Origin: an uncultured Caulobacterales bacterium
GTDB lineage: Bacteria > Pseudomonadota > Alphaproteobacteria > Caulobacterales > Maricaulaceae
Reading direction: 5' to 3'
DNA: 64,000 nucleotides
Assembly (NCBI GenBank): GCA_964587545.1
Contig: CAZPLJ010000004.1
Location: 6,710-70,709, forward strand
Shown: positions 10,045 through 19,400 of the stretch, piece by piece
Position numbering within the stretch: position 1 is the stretch's first letter
How the letters are laid out: each line of letters begins with the position of its first letter
The notes under the pieces: model-generated
The model's database searches: none
What the model was told of the DNA's origin: nothing
The model's input: only the letters and a program-made list of their open reading frames with translations
Program-made: the position numbers and the translations under genes

Positions 10045-11040
10045 TTACTTCTTCATCCCATGCTTTCTGAGTAATCCTCGAAATGAATGATAGGTTAGGC
10101 CCAGATAATCCGCTGCCTTGCCCTGATGGTGATTATGGGTGGTGAGCGCCTCGTCAATGAGGCCGCGTTCAAATGTTATCACACGCTCTGTGAAATCTGT
10201 TGTTGGCGCAGTTTGCGGCTCGGTATTTTCCGGGGCGTTCCGAGTATTAACGGTGGTCGTGGTTGGGATATTGTTACCCCACGGACTTTTTAGCGGATTC
10301 AACTCTATAGTCGATATAGGTCCGCTAAGCGTTTCATCCGCCAGATAAGCTCGGGTCACAGAGCGTTCAATCACGCTTTTCAATTCTCGGCTGTTGTTTG
10401 GCCAATCATAGGCTATCAATATATTCATCGCTTCCGGGGTCAGACCTGGAAAACGTTCCGCCCCCAATGATGAGACCATTTTGCGACCATAATGCAGGGT
10501 TAATGGCGCGATATCATCTTTGCGCAGTCTTAAGGGCGGGATATGGACCACGTCAAAGGCAATTCGGTTGAGAAAGTCGACGCGTATCTGACCATGGTCC
10601 ACAGCCTGAACGGGGTTTTCTGATATAGACACGATAAAGCGGATATCAATGCTTTGTTCGCCTAGCCCGTCAAACGCATCAAACTCATTATATTCTATCA
10701 CATGTAAAAGCCGCTCTTGCGCAGCTGGGGTGAGTGCGTTGATGTTTTCCAGAAATAATGTGCCGTCATGGGCGCGGGTAAATAAGGCGTCTTGATTATC
10801 ATTGCCATACATTATCCCTTCAAAGGTTTCCGCGTCATGGGCCGCACAATTGATTGAATGATAGCTTTGTTCCCAGCGGGGAGAGAGGAAATGCAAGCGC
10901 GAGGCAATCTGTTCCTTGCCCGTCCCAGACTCTCCGAGGATTAAAATCGGCTTATTAATGGTGGCAATGTCCGACACCCAGTCGAGCAGGGCATGAAATT
11001 CTTGCGATTCACCAATGAGTTGGGGTGGTATAGTAGCCAT
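10045..11040 (-). CDS. pspF: PspF-like AAA+ enhancer-binding-type regulator (no receiver domain; GAFTGA loop absent)
   Basis: Walker A GESGTGKE, RIAFDVVHIPPLRLR, WPNNSRELKSVIERS, and a C-terminal Fis-type HTH (GKAADYLGLTYHSFRGLLRKHG). It is divergent from pspA. Confidence 0.8.
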   Translation of the reverse strand: MATIPPQLIGESQEFHALLDWVSDIATINKPILILGESGTGKEQIASRLHFLSPRWEQSYHSINCAAHDAETFEGIMYGNDNQDALFTRAHDGTLFLENINALTPAAQERLLHVIEYNEFDAFDGLGEQSIDIRFIVSISENPVQAVDHGQIRVDFLNRIAFDVVHIPPLRLRKDDIAPLTLHYGRKMVSSLGAERFPGLTPEAMNILIAYDWPNNSRELKSVIERSVTRAYLADETLSGPISTIELNPLKSPWGNNIPTTTTVNTRNAPENTEPQTAPTTDFTERVITFERGLIDEALTTHNHHQGKAADYLGLTYHSFRGLLRKHGMKK

Positions 11041-11202
11041 ATTTAGTAATATAAACCAAAATATATCGAAGTAAATAGCGAAAAAATAGTCAAAAAAACT
11101 AAATAAATTAATGCGGTTTTTAAGAAATTAAAAAAATCAAATAAAAACAATAACTTAAAATGTCTCGACTCTTTGGCATGATTTGAAGATTATGAATTTG
11201 TC

Positions 11203-11222
11203 GCTGATCACTACCGATCAGC
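11203..11222. promoter_or_regulatory. perfect 7-bp inverted repeat GCTGATC-N6-GATCAGC flanked by direct AATTTG repeats
   Basis: Read directly from the sequence in the pspF-pspA intergenic region. It is a candidate operator or RNA hairpin of unknown function. Confidence 0.3.
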
Positions 11223-11252
11223 AATTTGAAAAGGCCAAAAAGGAGAGAGATA

Positions 11253-11402
11253 ATGACCTTTCGCACATTTGACATAGATGCAGGTCACGCCGCCCCAAGC
11301 ACAGACGTGACTGCTCCAGCCCGCCGAGTTCGCAGCCGCCGCCGCCACTTGGCCCTTACAAGCCGCTCTGGTGGCGTCCGCCTTGTCGGTTTCGGTATCT
11401 AA
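11253..11402 (+). CDS. candidate small ORF (49 aa, Arg-rich)
   Basis: A strong SD (AAAAAGGAGAGAGATAATG) precedes it. Hand translation is MTFRTFDIDAGHAAPSTDVTAPARRVRSRRRHLALTSRSGGVRLVGFGI. No family was recognised. Confidence 0.25.
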   Translation: MTFRTFDIDAGHAAPSTDVTAPARRVRSRRRHLALTSRSGGVRLVGFGI

Positions 11403-11417
11403 CCGGGACCCGCGCAG

Positions 11418-11594
11418 ATGTCATACAGAGACAGAGATGAAATGGGCCGCATGTTCGAAGACCATGCGGGCCGTCTTGAGACCACGGAAGAATGGAAAAT
11501 CAAGTTTTTCAAATTCCTACGTTATCTATCAACACGCCATGTAGAATGTTGGGGCTTTTTCGCCGCCGGTTTTCTTATCGCGACAATATTCTAA
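11418..11594 (+). CDS. candidate small tail-anchored membrane protein (58 aa)
   Basis: Hand translation is MSYRDRDEMGRMFEDHAGRLETTEEWKIKFFKFLRYLSTRHVECWGFFAAGFLIATIF. It ends 24 nt before the pspA ATG and is just under the track cutoff. Confidence 0.3.
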   Translation: MSYRDRDEMGRMFEDHAGRLETTEEWKIKFFKFLRYLSTRHVECWGFFAAGFLIATIF

Positions 11595-11618
11595 CCCAAA
11601 GCCGAACAGGAGACGACA

Positions 11619-12314
11619 ATGGGAATTTTTTCTAGAATGGGTGATATCATCAACTCCAATCTCAACGCCATGATTGACAAGGCAGAGAACCCGGAGAAGA
11701 TCGCCCGCCTTATTATCCAGGAAATGGAAGACACGCTCGTTGAGGTTCGCACTGATGCCGCTCGCAATATTTCCGAGCGCAAAGAGCTGACCCGCAAAGT
11801 GGAAGCCTATAAAGAACGCGCCAAGGAATGGGGTTCTAAAGCCGAGCTCGCCTTGACTAAAGATCGCGAAGACCTGGCTAGAGGTGCGTTGCAGGCCAAA
11901 CAGCAGGCTGAGAATATGGCTGATGTTGTGGCTGGCGAGATAGATATTCTCGATGAAGCTGTCGGGAAGGCCGATGCCGATCTGGCGAAGCTTCAAACCA
12001 AGCTGGATGAGGCTCGTGCCAAGCATAAAGCTCTTATGATGCGCGGTAATGTGGCCAAGAACCAGATCAAGATGCGCTCCAAAATGACAGATCATCGTGT
12101 GGATGATGCCTTGGCTCGCTATGAGCGTATGGAGCGTAAAGTCGACGAACTTGAAGCCCAAGTCGAAGCCTTTGATCTGGGGCAGGGTGAGAGCTTGGAG
12201 AGCCAGTTTGCTCAGCTAGAAGCTGACGAGTCTATCGAGGCTGAACTTGAAGCGCTTCGCTCAAGCCTGAAAAAATCAAAAGTGGCGTCCGTGAAGAAGG
12301 CCGCCAATAAATAA
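11619..12314 (+). CDS. pspA: phage shock protein A (PspA/IM30 family)
   Basis: 231 aa coiled-coil protein with the canonical N-terminus MGIFSRMGDIINSNLNAMIDKAENPEKIARLIIQEMEDTLVEVR. Confidence 0.95.
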   Translation: MGIFSRMGDIINSNLNAMIDKAENPEKIARLIIQEMEDTLVEVRTDAARNISERKELTRKVEAYKERAKEWGSKAELALTKDREDLARGALQAKQQAENMADVVAGEIDILDEAVGKADADLAKLQTKLDEARAKHKALMMRGNVAKNQIKMRSKMTDHRVDDALARYERMERKVDELEAQVEAFDLGQGESLESQFAQLEADESIEAELEALRSSLKKSKVASVKKAANK

Positions 12315-12401
12315 ACACATAGCTGGTCGGGTGATACCTACCCCCCTTCGAAAATTCATCCGGCCAGCGCCCCTTAAAGAGAGAGAAAGAGAGAATTTAA
12401 A

Positions 12402-12647
12402 ATGGAAGGTATATTAGCATTATCTATCCCTATCATAGCCGTCGGTGGCGGCATCATCATGATCATGTTCAATAATTACTTGAAACATAAAGAACGCATG
12501 ATGAACCATATGAGCGGGGATCAAGTGGCGGAGTTGGAACGTATGTCTCGTATCGCCGATATTTTGGATCAACGCGTGAATGTTCTGGAAAACATTCTGG
12601 ATGACGAAATCCCAAACTGGAGAGAGAACCATGACAAAACGATCTAA
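12402..12647 (+). CDS. pspB: envelope stress response membrane protein PspB
   Basis: 81 aa with a single N-terminal TM then a helical tail (ELERMSRIADILDQRVNVLENIL). It lies between pspA and pspC. Confidence 0.85.
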   Translation: MEGILALSIPIIAVGGGIIMIMFNNYLKHKERMMNHMSGDQVAELERMSRIADILDQRVNVLENILDDEIPNWRENHDKTI

Positions 12648-13110
12648 GAGACAGTATAAAAACTGGGCCGACCGGATGACGCATGACATGTATTGGGACG
12701 GTGAGGACGACGGTTACGAATATTCGGAGCCGAATAAGCGCCTGAGACGCAATAAAATCGACGGAGTTGTCGGCGGTGTCTGTGCCGGGCTCGGAGATTT
12801 TTTCAATCTCGACCCGCTTATTGTAAGAGGCATTTTTATCGCGCTAATCTTTTTCACAGGGTTGCCTCTGATTGTGTATCCGATCCTTTGGGTCTGTTTG
12901 CCATCTGATAAACGTGCCCCATACCGCAGGGAATATCGTGAAGCTCGCAAAGCCCGCCAGAAAAACCCCGAAGCCCCGGTTCGTACGGCTAGCTTTCGAG
13001 ACGTCAAATCCAAGTTCCGCTCACTGGAGACACGCCTGCAAGATTTGGAACGCTCTATCACGTCAAAAGAATGGCAGCTTCGCCGCCAGTTCAAAGATTT
13101 GGAAAATTAA
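12631..13110 (+). CDS. pspC: envelope stress response membrane protein PspC
   Basis: PspC domain (LRRNKIDGVVGGVCAGLGDFFNLDPLIVRGIFIAL). The ATG at 12631 is preceded by GGAGAGAG and overlaps the end of pspB. Confidence 0.85.
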   Translation: MTKRSKRQYKNWADRMTHDMYWDGEDDGYEYSEPNKRLRRNKIDGVVGGVCAGLGDFFNLDPLIVRGIFIALIFFTGLPLIVYPILWVCLPSDKRAPYRREYREARKARQKNPEAPVRTASFRDVKSKFRSLETRLQDLERSITSKEWQLRRQFKDLEN

Positions 13111-13169
13111 AAGAGAGAGCGGGCTTGCTGATAATATATTGGCTGGCCCGACATTAAGAGAGATAAAAC

Positions 13170-13379
13170 ATGATTAAAGCCATCACGATAACCCTTATAA
13201 GTGCTGGCGTCATCGGAACGGGCGCCCACACTTTCCAACCTGAAGCTCTAGAACTCACAACGGGATCAGCCTTGCTCGAAATGAGCGTCAAGGGGCTCAT
13301 CATAAAAACAACGGATAATCCTGATTTCGCTATTTCTTTGCGATTGAAGGATGAGCGCAGACTGAGCTTACGTCTGTAA
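13170..13379 (+). CDS. hypothetical small protein (69 aa) within the psp operon
   Basis: The ORF has a hydrophobic N-terminus and lies between pspC and the GSGD-repeat gene on the same strand. No family was recognised. Confidence 0.4.
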   Translation: MIKAITITLISAGVIGTGAHTFQPEALELTTGSALLEMSVKGLIIKTTDNPDFAISLRLKDERRLSLRL

Positions 13380-13404
13380 GCGCACTTAATAGGTAAGAGA
13401 AAAG

Positions 13405-14496
13405 ATGAAACTAAGATATTTGATTTTAACGACAGCTTTGATAGCGCTCGTGTCCACGCCCGCTTTCGCAGACGACCCTAGTGTCACGATAAAAAATTAC
13501 GTTGGTAAAATTACAATTGAGACCTCGCCAAAATACACCTTGGACATTTCAAACCAAACCACTAGCGAAGATGTTGATCTTGATGAAACGGGCTCCGAGC
13601 TAATTATTGACGGTGGAATTGACGATCCGGACGGAAAAAAATGCAAAGGTTACTATGGTAAGTCTAGCTGGTCCTGGTTTGGCAGAAAAGAAAAGCACAG
13701 CGATTTTGGAGGATATAAAGATCTGGATGACTACCCCAATATTACCGTTACGGCGCCTAAGACCGTTAAGGTCATAATCGACAATGCCATTCCATTTGGA
13801 AATATAGGAGATATTGGTAGCGCAGATATCTCCATGCCTTATTGCGGTCAGCTCGACATAGGCACTATCGCTAGTGACGCCATTTTCAATATTCGAGGAT
13901 CGGGGGATATAAATGCTGGTGACATCGGTAATCTTTATACATCTGTTCGCGGATCTGGAGATGTTGAGGTCGGCAATGTTGCAAGAGAAGCAAAGATTAA
14001 AGTGACTGGCTCTGGGGATATTGCCCTTGGAGACGCCAATGTTATCGAGCTGAGTGTAACAGGTTCGGGTGATGTGAGTTTTGGTGACGCTGAAACGGTC
14101 GAACTGACTGTAACGGGATCTGGTGACGTCGAAATAGGCAGCGTTTCCAAGAGCCTGGCAATGCGTAATCAGGGGTCCGGCGATATTAATGTTGAAACGG
14201 CTTTCGGCGAACTTAATTATGAGTCACGCGGGTCAGGTGATCTCGAAATAGAAGAGGCCAATGGCAAAGCCGATATTGATATCGGCGGTAGTGGTGATGT
14301 TGAAATTGATCAGGGTGATCTTAACTACCTCAAGGTTCGCTCCTCTGGTGCCAGTCATGTGGATATTGGCGGCGTGGTCAAGGACGCTGACCTACGAGCC
14401 CGCGGTGCCAGCGATATCTATCTGAATAAGGTAACAGGAGCCTTGATCCAAAAGGAAAGCGGGGCGGCAGACATCAACGTAAGTCGTCAAGACTAA
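13405..14496 (+). CDS. exported GSGD-repeat beta-helix-type protein (DUF2807 / head-GIN / Toastrack-like)
   Basis: Signal peptide (LIALVSTPAFAD). There are 8 exact GSGD[IVL] repeats about 20 aa apart, plus 3 degenerate ones. Confidence 0.7.
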   Translation: MKLRYLILTTALIALVSTPAFADDPSVTIKNYVGKITIETSPKYTLDISNQTTSEDVDLDETGSELIIDGGIDDPDGKKCKGYYGKSSWSWFGRKEKHSDFGGYKDLDDYPNITVTAPKTVKVIIDNAIPFGNIGDIGSADISMPYCGQLDIGTIASDAIFNIRGSGDINAGDIGNLYTSVRGSGDVEVGNVAREAKIKVTGSGDIALGDANVIELSVTGSGDVSFGDAETVELTVTGSGDVEIGSVSKSLAMRNQGSGDINVETAFGELNYESRGSGDLEIEEANGKADIDIGGSGDVEIDQGDLNYLKVRSSGASHVDIGGVVKDADLRARGASDIYLNKVTGALIQKESGAADINVSRQD

Positions 14497-14517
14497 GCTT
14501 CGGACGTTGATCTTTGA

Positions 14518-16284
14518 TCAACGATCTGTTGAGGGGCGCGCTTTCGGGTTGGGCTTCTCTCTCGCCTGAAAGCGCGTCCACGCCGTGTTTGAGATAGCAT
14601 TAGGTTCCTTGAAAATTCGCGACACGAGATCCTCTCCTAATAGCGGAGCAAATACAAAACCGCGAGAGCCTAACCCCGAGAGGATATATTGTTGAGGCTC
14701 GAGCTCTCCAACTACAGGCCAAGTTTGAGCCGTATTCACTCGAATGCTCGCACGGGATTTTTTCCCGAGAGGTCGAACATCTGCTCCAAGTTTGTCCGAT
14801 AGTCCATCGAGATTGGCCATGTCATCGCGCCAATTGATCTCAAAGGGATCGCTGGTGTCTAGCCGGTCATGCGTGGTGCCTACCAAGAGGCCATCTTTTA
14901 GCGGAATCCCATATCCCCCAAAGGTAAGTGGAGCATCAAAACCATCAATAGCTTCCCCCCAACTCAGCTGTCCGCGTGAATATCTGAGATTAAGTCGGTC
15001 ACCCAAACCGAGTGATTTAACGCCAAAGCCAGCGGAAATGATGAGATGCGTGCCCTCTGCCACGGCTTTGTCATTTGCATATAAAGCCCAGCCTTGATCT
15101 GATTTTTCTATCCGTGAGATATGCGCCTTTAAGCGTATCGCCTCGACCAGCCATGCGGCTCTTGCTTTCGATGGATCGATTACTAAGCCGCTATCATAAA
15201 AGGCACCGTCCTTTGTGGGTGTGAAATGCTCGCCAGATAAGCCGCCTGCGTCATGAAAGCGGGCAAGCTTTGAAGGCTCATCCGAGTTTTTAGAAATATG
15301 TTTGATACCTGTGTGAAGGATGACCTCGCTGTTATGATAGGCGGAAAGCGCATAAAGGTAGGCGGAGAGATAAAACCGGCTTTCTGGCTTATCCTGTAAA
15401 TCTATGCGGGGCTTGATAATCGCTGCGGCGTTGCCGCTAGCCATCGTTTCATCATCCGCATCAATTATAGTCGGTATAATGCCGCGCCTGATGAAGGCCT
15501 TAGCGATAGATGCACCCGCAATCCCTGCGCCTAAAATTATAGGTTTGATAGCTGTTTTTATGACGGATCCATTGCCGGGATAGACAGCTTCTAGGCGGTG
15601 GCGTTTGCGCCCAAACCCTTCCTTTTTCTCAACAGAAAACCCCGCATCCTTAAGGGCAGTTCGCACAGCGCTCGCCACGGTGAAAGTGGCTAATCTGGCT
15701 TGAGGCGCCGAGAGCCGCGCGAGCTCCTGCATCACGTCTGGTGACCACATGTCCGGATTTTTAGCTGGTGAAAAACCATCAAGAAACCACGCATCAATAT
15801 TCGCGGATAATCCGCCCAGGCCAGCTAAAACATTATCATGTATAAGGGTGAGGGTGACATCCCCAAAATGTAGCCGGTGAAAACCCTTCACCCGTCCCGG
15901 CCATTGTTCGATAAGGTGTGTAGCAAAATCTTCGAGTTCCGGCCATGCAGTTAAGGCTTTGGTGAGTTGCTCCCGATCAAACGGAAATTTCTCAACTGAT
16001 ATAAAATGAAGCCGTCCGGCCTTGGGTTTTGTGTCTTGCCATAACTTCCAAGTCGCGAGAAAATTTAGGCCTGTTCCAAATCCCAACTCTCCAACAGTGA
16101 AAAGGGGTATGTCTTTCCATCTCTCGGGTAGTCCGCATCCTTTCAGGAAAACGGTCTCGGTTTCGGCCAGGCCGCCTTCAACACTGAAATAAATATCGTC
16201 AAAATCTTTGGCTGCAGGGGTGCCCTCACGGCTCCAGTCAATATCGGGCGCGGGCGTCGCTGTCAGTGGTTTAGGTTCAGCCAT
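14518..16284 (-). CDS. mnmC: bifunctional tRNA mnm5s2U34 methyltransferase / FAD-dependent cmnm5s2U34 oxidoreductase
   Basis: The N-terminus resembles the MnmC methyltransferase domain (EGTPAAKDFDDIYFS, GELGFGTGLNF) and there is a C-terminal DAO domain (ILGAGIAGASIA). I preferred the ATG at 16284 over the GTG at 16317. Confidence 0.85.
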   Translation of the reverse strand: MAEPKPLTATPAPDIDWSREGTPAAKDFDDIYFSVEGGLAETETVFLKGCGLPERWKDIPLFTVGELGFGTGLNFLATWKLWQDTKPKAGRLHFISVEKFPFDREQLTKALTAWPELEDFATHLIEQWPGRVKGFHRLHFGDVTLTLIHDNVLAGLGGLSANIDAWFLDGFSPAKNPDMWSPDVMQELARLSAPQARLATFTVASAVRTALKDAGFSVEKKEGFGRKRHRLEAVYPGNGSVIKTAIKPIILGAGIAGASIAKAFIRRGIIPTIIDADDETMASGNAAAIIKPRIDLQDKPESRFYLSAYLYALSAYHNSEVILHTGIKHISKNSDEPSKLARFHDAGGLSGEHFTPTKDGAFYDSGLVIDPSKARAAWLVEAIRLKAHISRIEKSDQGWALYANDKAVAEGTHLIISAGFGVKSLGLGDRLNLRYSRGQLSWGEAIDGFDAPLTFGGYGIPLKDGLLVGTTHDRLDTSDPFEINWRDDMANLDGLSDKLGADVRPLGKKSRASIRVNTAQTWPVVGELEPQQYILSGLGSRGFVFAPLLGEDLVSRIFKEPNAISNTAWTRFQAREKPNPKARPSTDR

Positions 16285-16384
16285 GCGCCCTTCTACAATG
16301 ACACATCCTATTGTCACTTATTTGTTTTGTGTTCTGCGTAAGGATTACTCAAATGAGATAATGCGATGAATTATATTTGCCATC

Positions 16385-16415
16385 CCGATTTTTTCGACAT
16401 GGTCGAAAAGATCGG
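16385..16415 (-). terminator. 14-bp stem hairpin between the adhesin gene and mnmC
   Basis: CCGATTTTTTCGAC-ATG-GTCGAAAAGATCGG with one G-U pair. No clean U-tract follows, so terminator function is uncertain. Confidence 0.35.
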
Positions 16416-16458
16416 AATGACGCGTCAGACGTCGGAGGGGTATGGAGCCTGACGGATT

Positions 16459-19400
16459 TTATAAGTTAGCGGCGTCGTCTGCCGTGACGGTATAGGTGCC
16501 TGTGAACGTCACGCTGTCACCCGGTGCGAGCACATCCCAATTTCCATCGTTTGGAGTCGCATCGGTTGAATCGCCTGCGGGGGCAGTATCCGTTTCCAAA
16601 GTTTCATCTGTTGGAGTTGGTGCCGGATCAGATCCATTATGTGTATCTGTGATCGCAATATCATTGACAGCGACATTGCCGTCATTCGTGACGGTATAGG
16701 TATAGGTGATGACGTCCCCGACAGCTCGGTTCGTATCATTGTCTGCGACTTTGGTCATGGTAAGTTGCGGGGCAACCTCCTCCAAAGAGACGCTTTCATC
16801 AGCGGTTGGCGGAGTGAGGGTTCCGTCAGCTGGACTGCCGTTTGCCATTGCCGAGTTGGTGATATCGTTGCCTTCAAGCAAGTCGTCATATGTGACTGTA
16901 TATGAAGAGGTGAAGGTAACGATATCACCGGGCGCAAGTACATCCCATGATCCATCATTGGCTGTGGTATCATTGGAGTTTGTGCTATTGTTTGCATCAC
17001 CTGTTTCACTGGAGACGAGGAGGGTAGAGGTTCCAGCTGATGATGTATGTTGATCGTCTATAGTGATGTCATTGATGATAACATCTCCCGTATTCTCAAC
17101 GGTGTAGGTATAGGTAATGATATCTCCAACAGTACGGTCCGTATCATTATCGGCAACTTTTGTGAGGGTCATGGCGGGATTGCTGGAAAGCTCCTCACAT
17201 GTTATGATCTTTGGCGTGAAATCATCCCAAAGAACAACATTGGTGTAGGGTTGATTATTGTCGTCACCAAATTCGGTGACATCATAAGGATAGACTCGCA
17301 TTTTATAGCTTGTATTGGGAGATAGCTCCACGGTGGATCCGTTAGGATCCCAATGAGCAAAGTCTTGTAGATATGTCCCTGTATAGCTTTGTCCTTGATT
17401 GGCGGAGGCTGCCGAAACGTCAGTGCCGTCAAATTTCTGATCACTATACCAGACAATAGGTGAGCTAAAGTCATCATCATCATCGACAAGGATGGCGACA
17501 CGGTAGGCCCCTGTGGCTTGCTGATCATTACTATTTTGATGCTCAAAGACCGTCCATCCGGCACCGGTGAGTTCCGCCTTGTCGCTAAAGTCGTTTGTCT
17601 TGAACTGATACTCCATAAAGACCGATGGATCATAGGTCGCCGGAATATCATCGGCATTGATGTTGAGATCGAAATTATTTACCTGAGCACTTAATCCGTT
17701 GAAGGAGGCGGGTGTTCCTGATGAGATAATATTGCCATTATCGATGGTGATATTGGGGCTTGTTCCGCCATTGTCGTTATATAACCAACGGAAACCAATA
17801 TCCGCAAAGGGTTGTGACGGCGGTGAGGCTTCACAGACACTTGCATTCAAGCCCGGACCATTGGGGAAAGCTGGCGGGGCAGGGGGTGTTTCCACCCGGA
17901 TTGTGGCTGTGGCTGTCGCGCAATTTGTATCATTGGCGGCTTCACAAATCTGATAGCTAATCTCATAGGTGCCATTTGTAGCCGTTTTGGGGATAGTTAG
18001 CGTACCGTCTTCATTGATCACTAGGCCGTCCAGACCTGCTGCATCTGTGATAGAAGGAATGACAGACGTCGCTTCAAAGGCTTCATTATTTAATGTGTCA
18101 TTGGCAAACACGGAAGTTGTTCTTCCGCCTGGTAGGGTGACGGATTTGGTGAAGTTATCATTCTCAGCCACAATCGGTGTGGAGTCATCTTCACAGCTTT
18201 TGAGTTTTGGCATGAAGTCATCAAAGATAACAACATTGCTAAAGGGCTGGTTGTTATCCTTACCACTTCGCGTGACGCCATAAGGAAAGACGCGCAGTTT
18301 ATAAGAGGTATTTGGCGAGAGGTTGACGACATCCCCGTTTGCATCCCAATGGGCGAAGTTCTGCTCATATTGTCCCGTATCAGACGGTCCTGTTGAGGCG
18401 GAGGCTGCGCTCACATCAATGCCGTCAAAAGCGAGATCATTGATGAGGATGTCAGGGGAGGCAAAGGCAGGGTCTTCATCAATCGCAATGGCGATATGAT
18501 AGGCGCCTGTGTCTTGAATATGGTGATCTCTTGTGGCTTCAAAGACGGTTGCGCCAAAGCCTGTAAACTCGGCTGTGTTGGAGAAGTTCTGTGTCTTGAA
18601 ACTATATTCAATATAGGTGTTTGGATTATAGGTGGCCGGGATTTGGTCCGCGTTGAGGTTCAAATCAAAACTATTTACTTGGCCGCTGACCCCCGAAAAT
18701 GTTGCGGGGTTGGCTGAGGCAATGAAGTTCGTTTGGTCAATGCCAGCATTAGGGCTGGTCCCGCCATTATCATTATAGGTCCAGCGTAAGCCAATATCCT
18801 GAAAAGGATTTGTCGCAGGCGTGGCTTCGCACATGCTGCTCGACAGCCCACCACCCGCAGGGAAAGCTGGCGGGATGGAGGCGGCTTCAACGGTGACGCT
18901 CTCTGTTAGATCATCGCCATCTGTTGTCGGATCATTTTGATCGCCTGAGGCAGGGCTGGCGAGGGTGTTCTCAATCGTTCTGCCGCCTTGCCCCTCATCC
19001 ACTATGCCTTCAAGGGTGAGGGTAGCGCTTGCGCCGTTCGCCAGATTACCGAGCGACCATAGGCCAGAGGATTGATCATATTTTCCGTCTGTGACTTGGC
19101 CATTTAACTTTGTCGCGGTGAGGCCTTCAGGCAGGAGGTCTGTCAAAGACACATTTGTTGCCTCTATCGGACCATTATTGGTGACGGTAATGTCGTAGGT
19201 GACTGTATCGCCAACCGCAGGCGTTGCATCCGTTGAAGCTAGTGTTTTCTGGGTGACCAAATCTGCGCCCGGCGGGGTACAGCTTTTGAGTTTTGGCATG
19301 AAGTCATCAAAGATAACAACATTGCTAAAGGGCTGGTTGTTATCCTTACCACTTCGCGTGACGCCATAAGGAAAGACGCGCAGTTTATAAGAGGTATTTG

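Noticed and set aside
11174-11189. TGGCATGATTTGAAGA upstream of pspA resembles the -24 half of a sigma-54 promoter.
   Set aside because: There is no TTGC-like -12 element at the required spacing, since the closest TTGA is 2 nt too near. A second candidate at 11550-11564 (TGGGGCTTTTTCGCC) is off by 1 nt. Neither is convincing.
11529-12161. A 210-aa minus-strand ORF is present.
   Set aside because: It is entirely antisense to the strongly supported pspA gene and has no recognisable features.
14505-14523. A hairpin CGTTGATC-TTT-GATCAACG lies between the convergent Toastrack-like gene and mnmC.
   Set aside because: The stem is AT-rich with a 3-nt loop and no flanking T/A tracts, and it overlaps the mnmC stop. 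The evidence for terminator function is weak.
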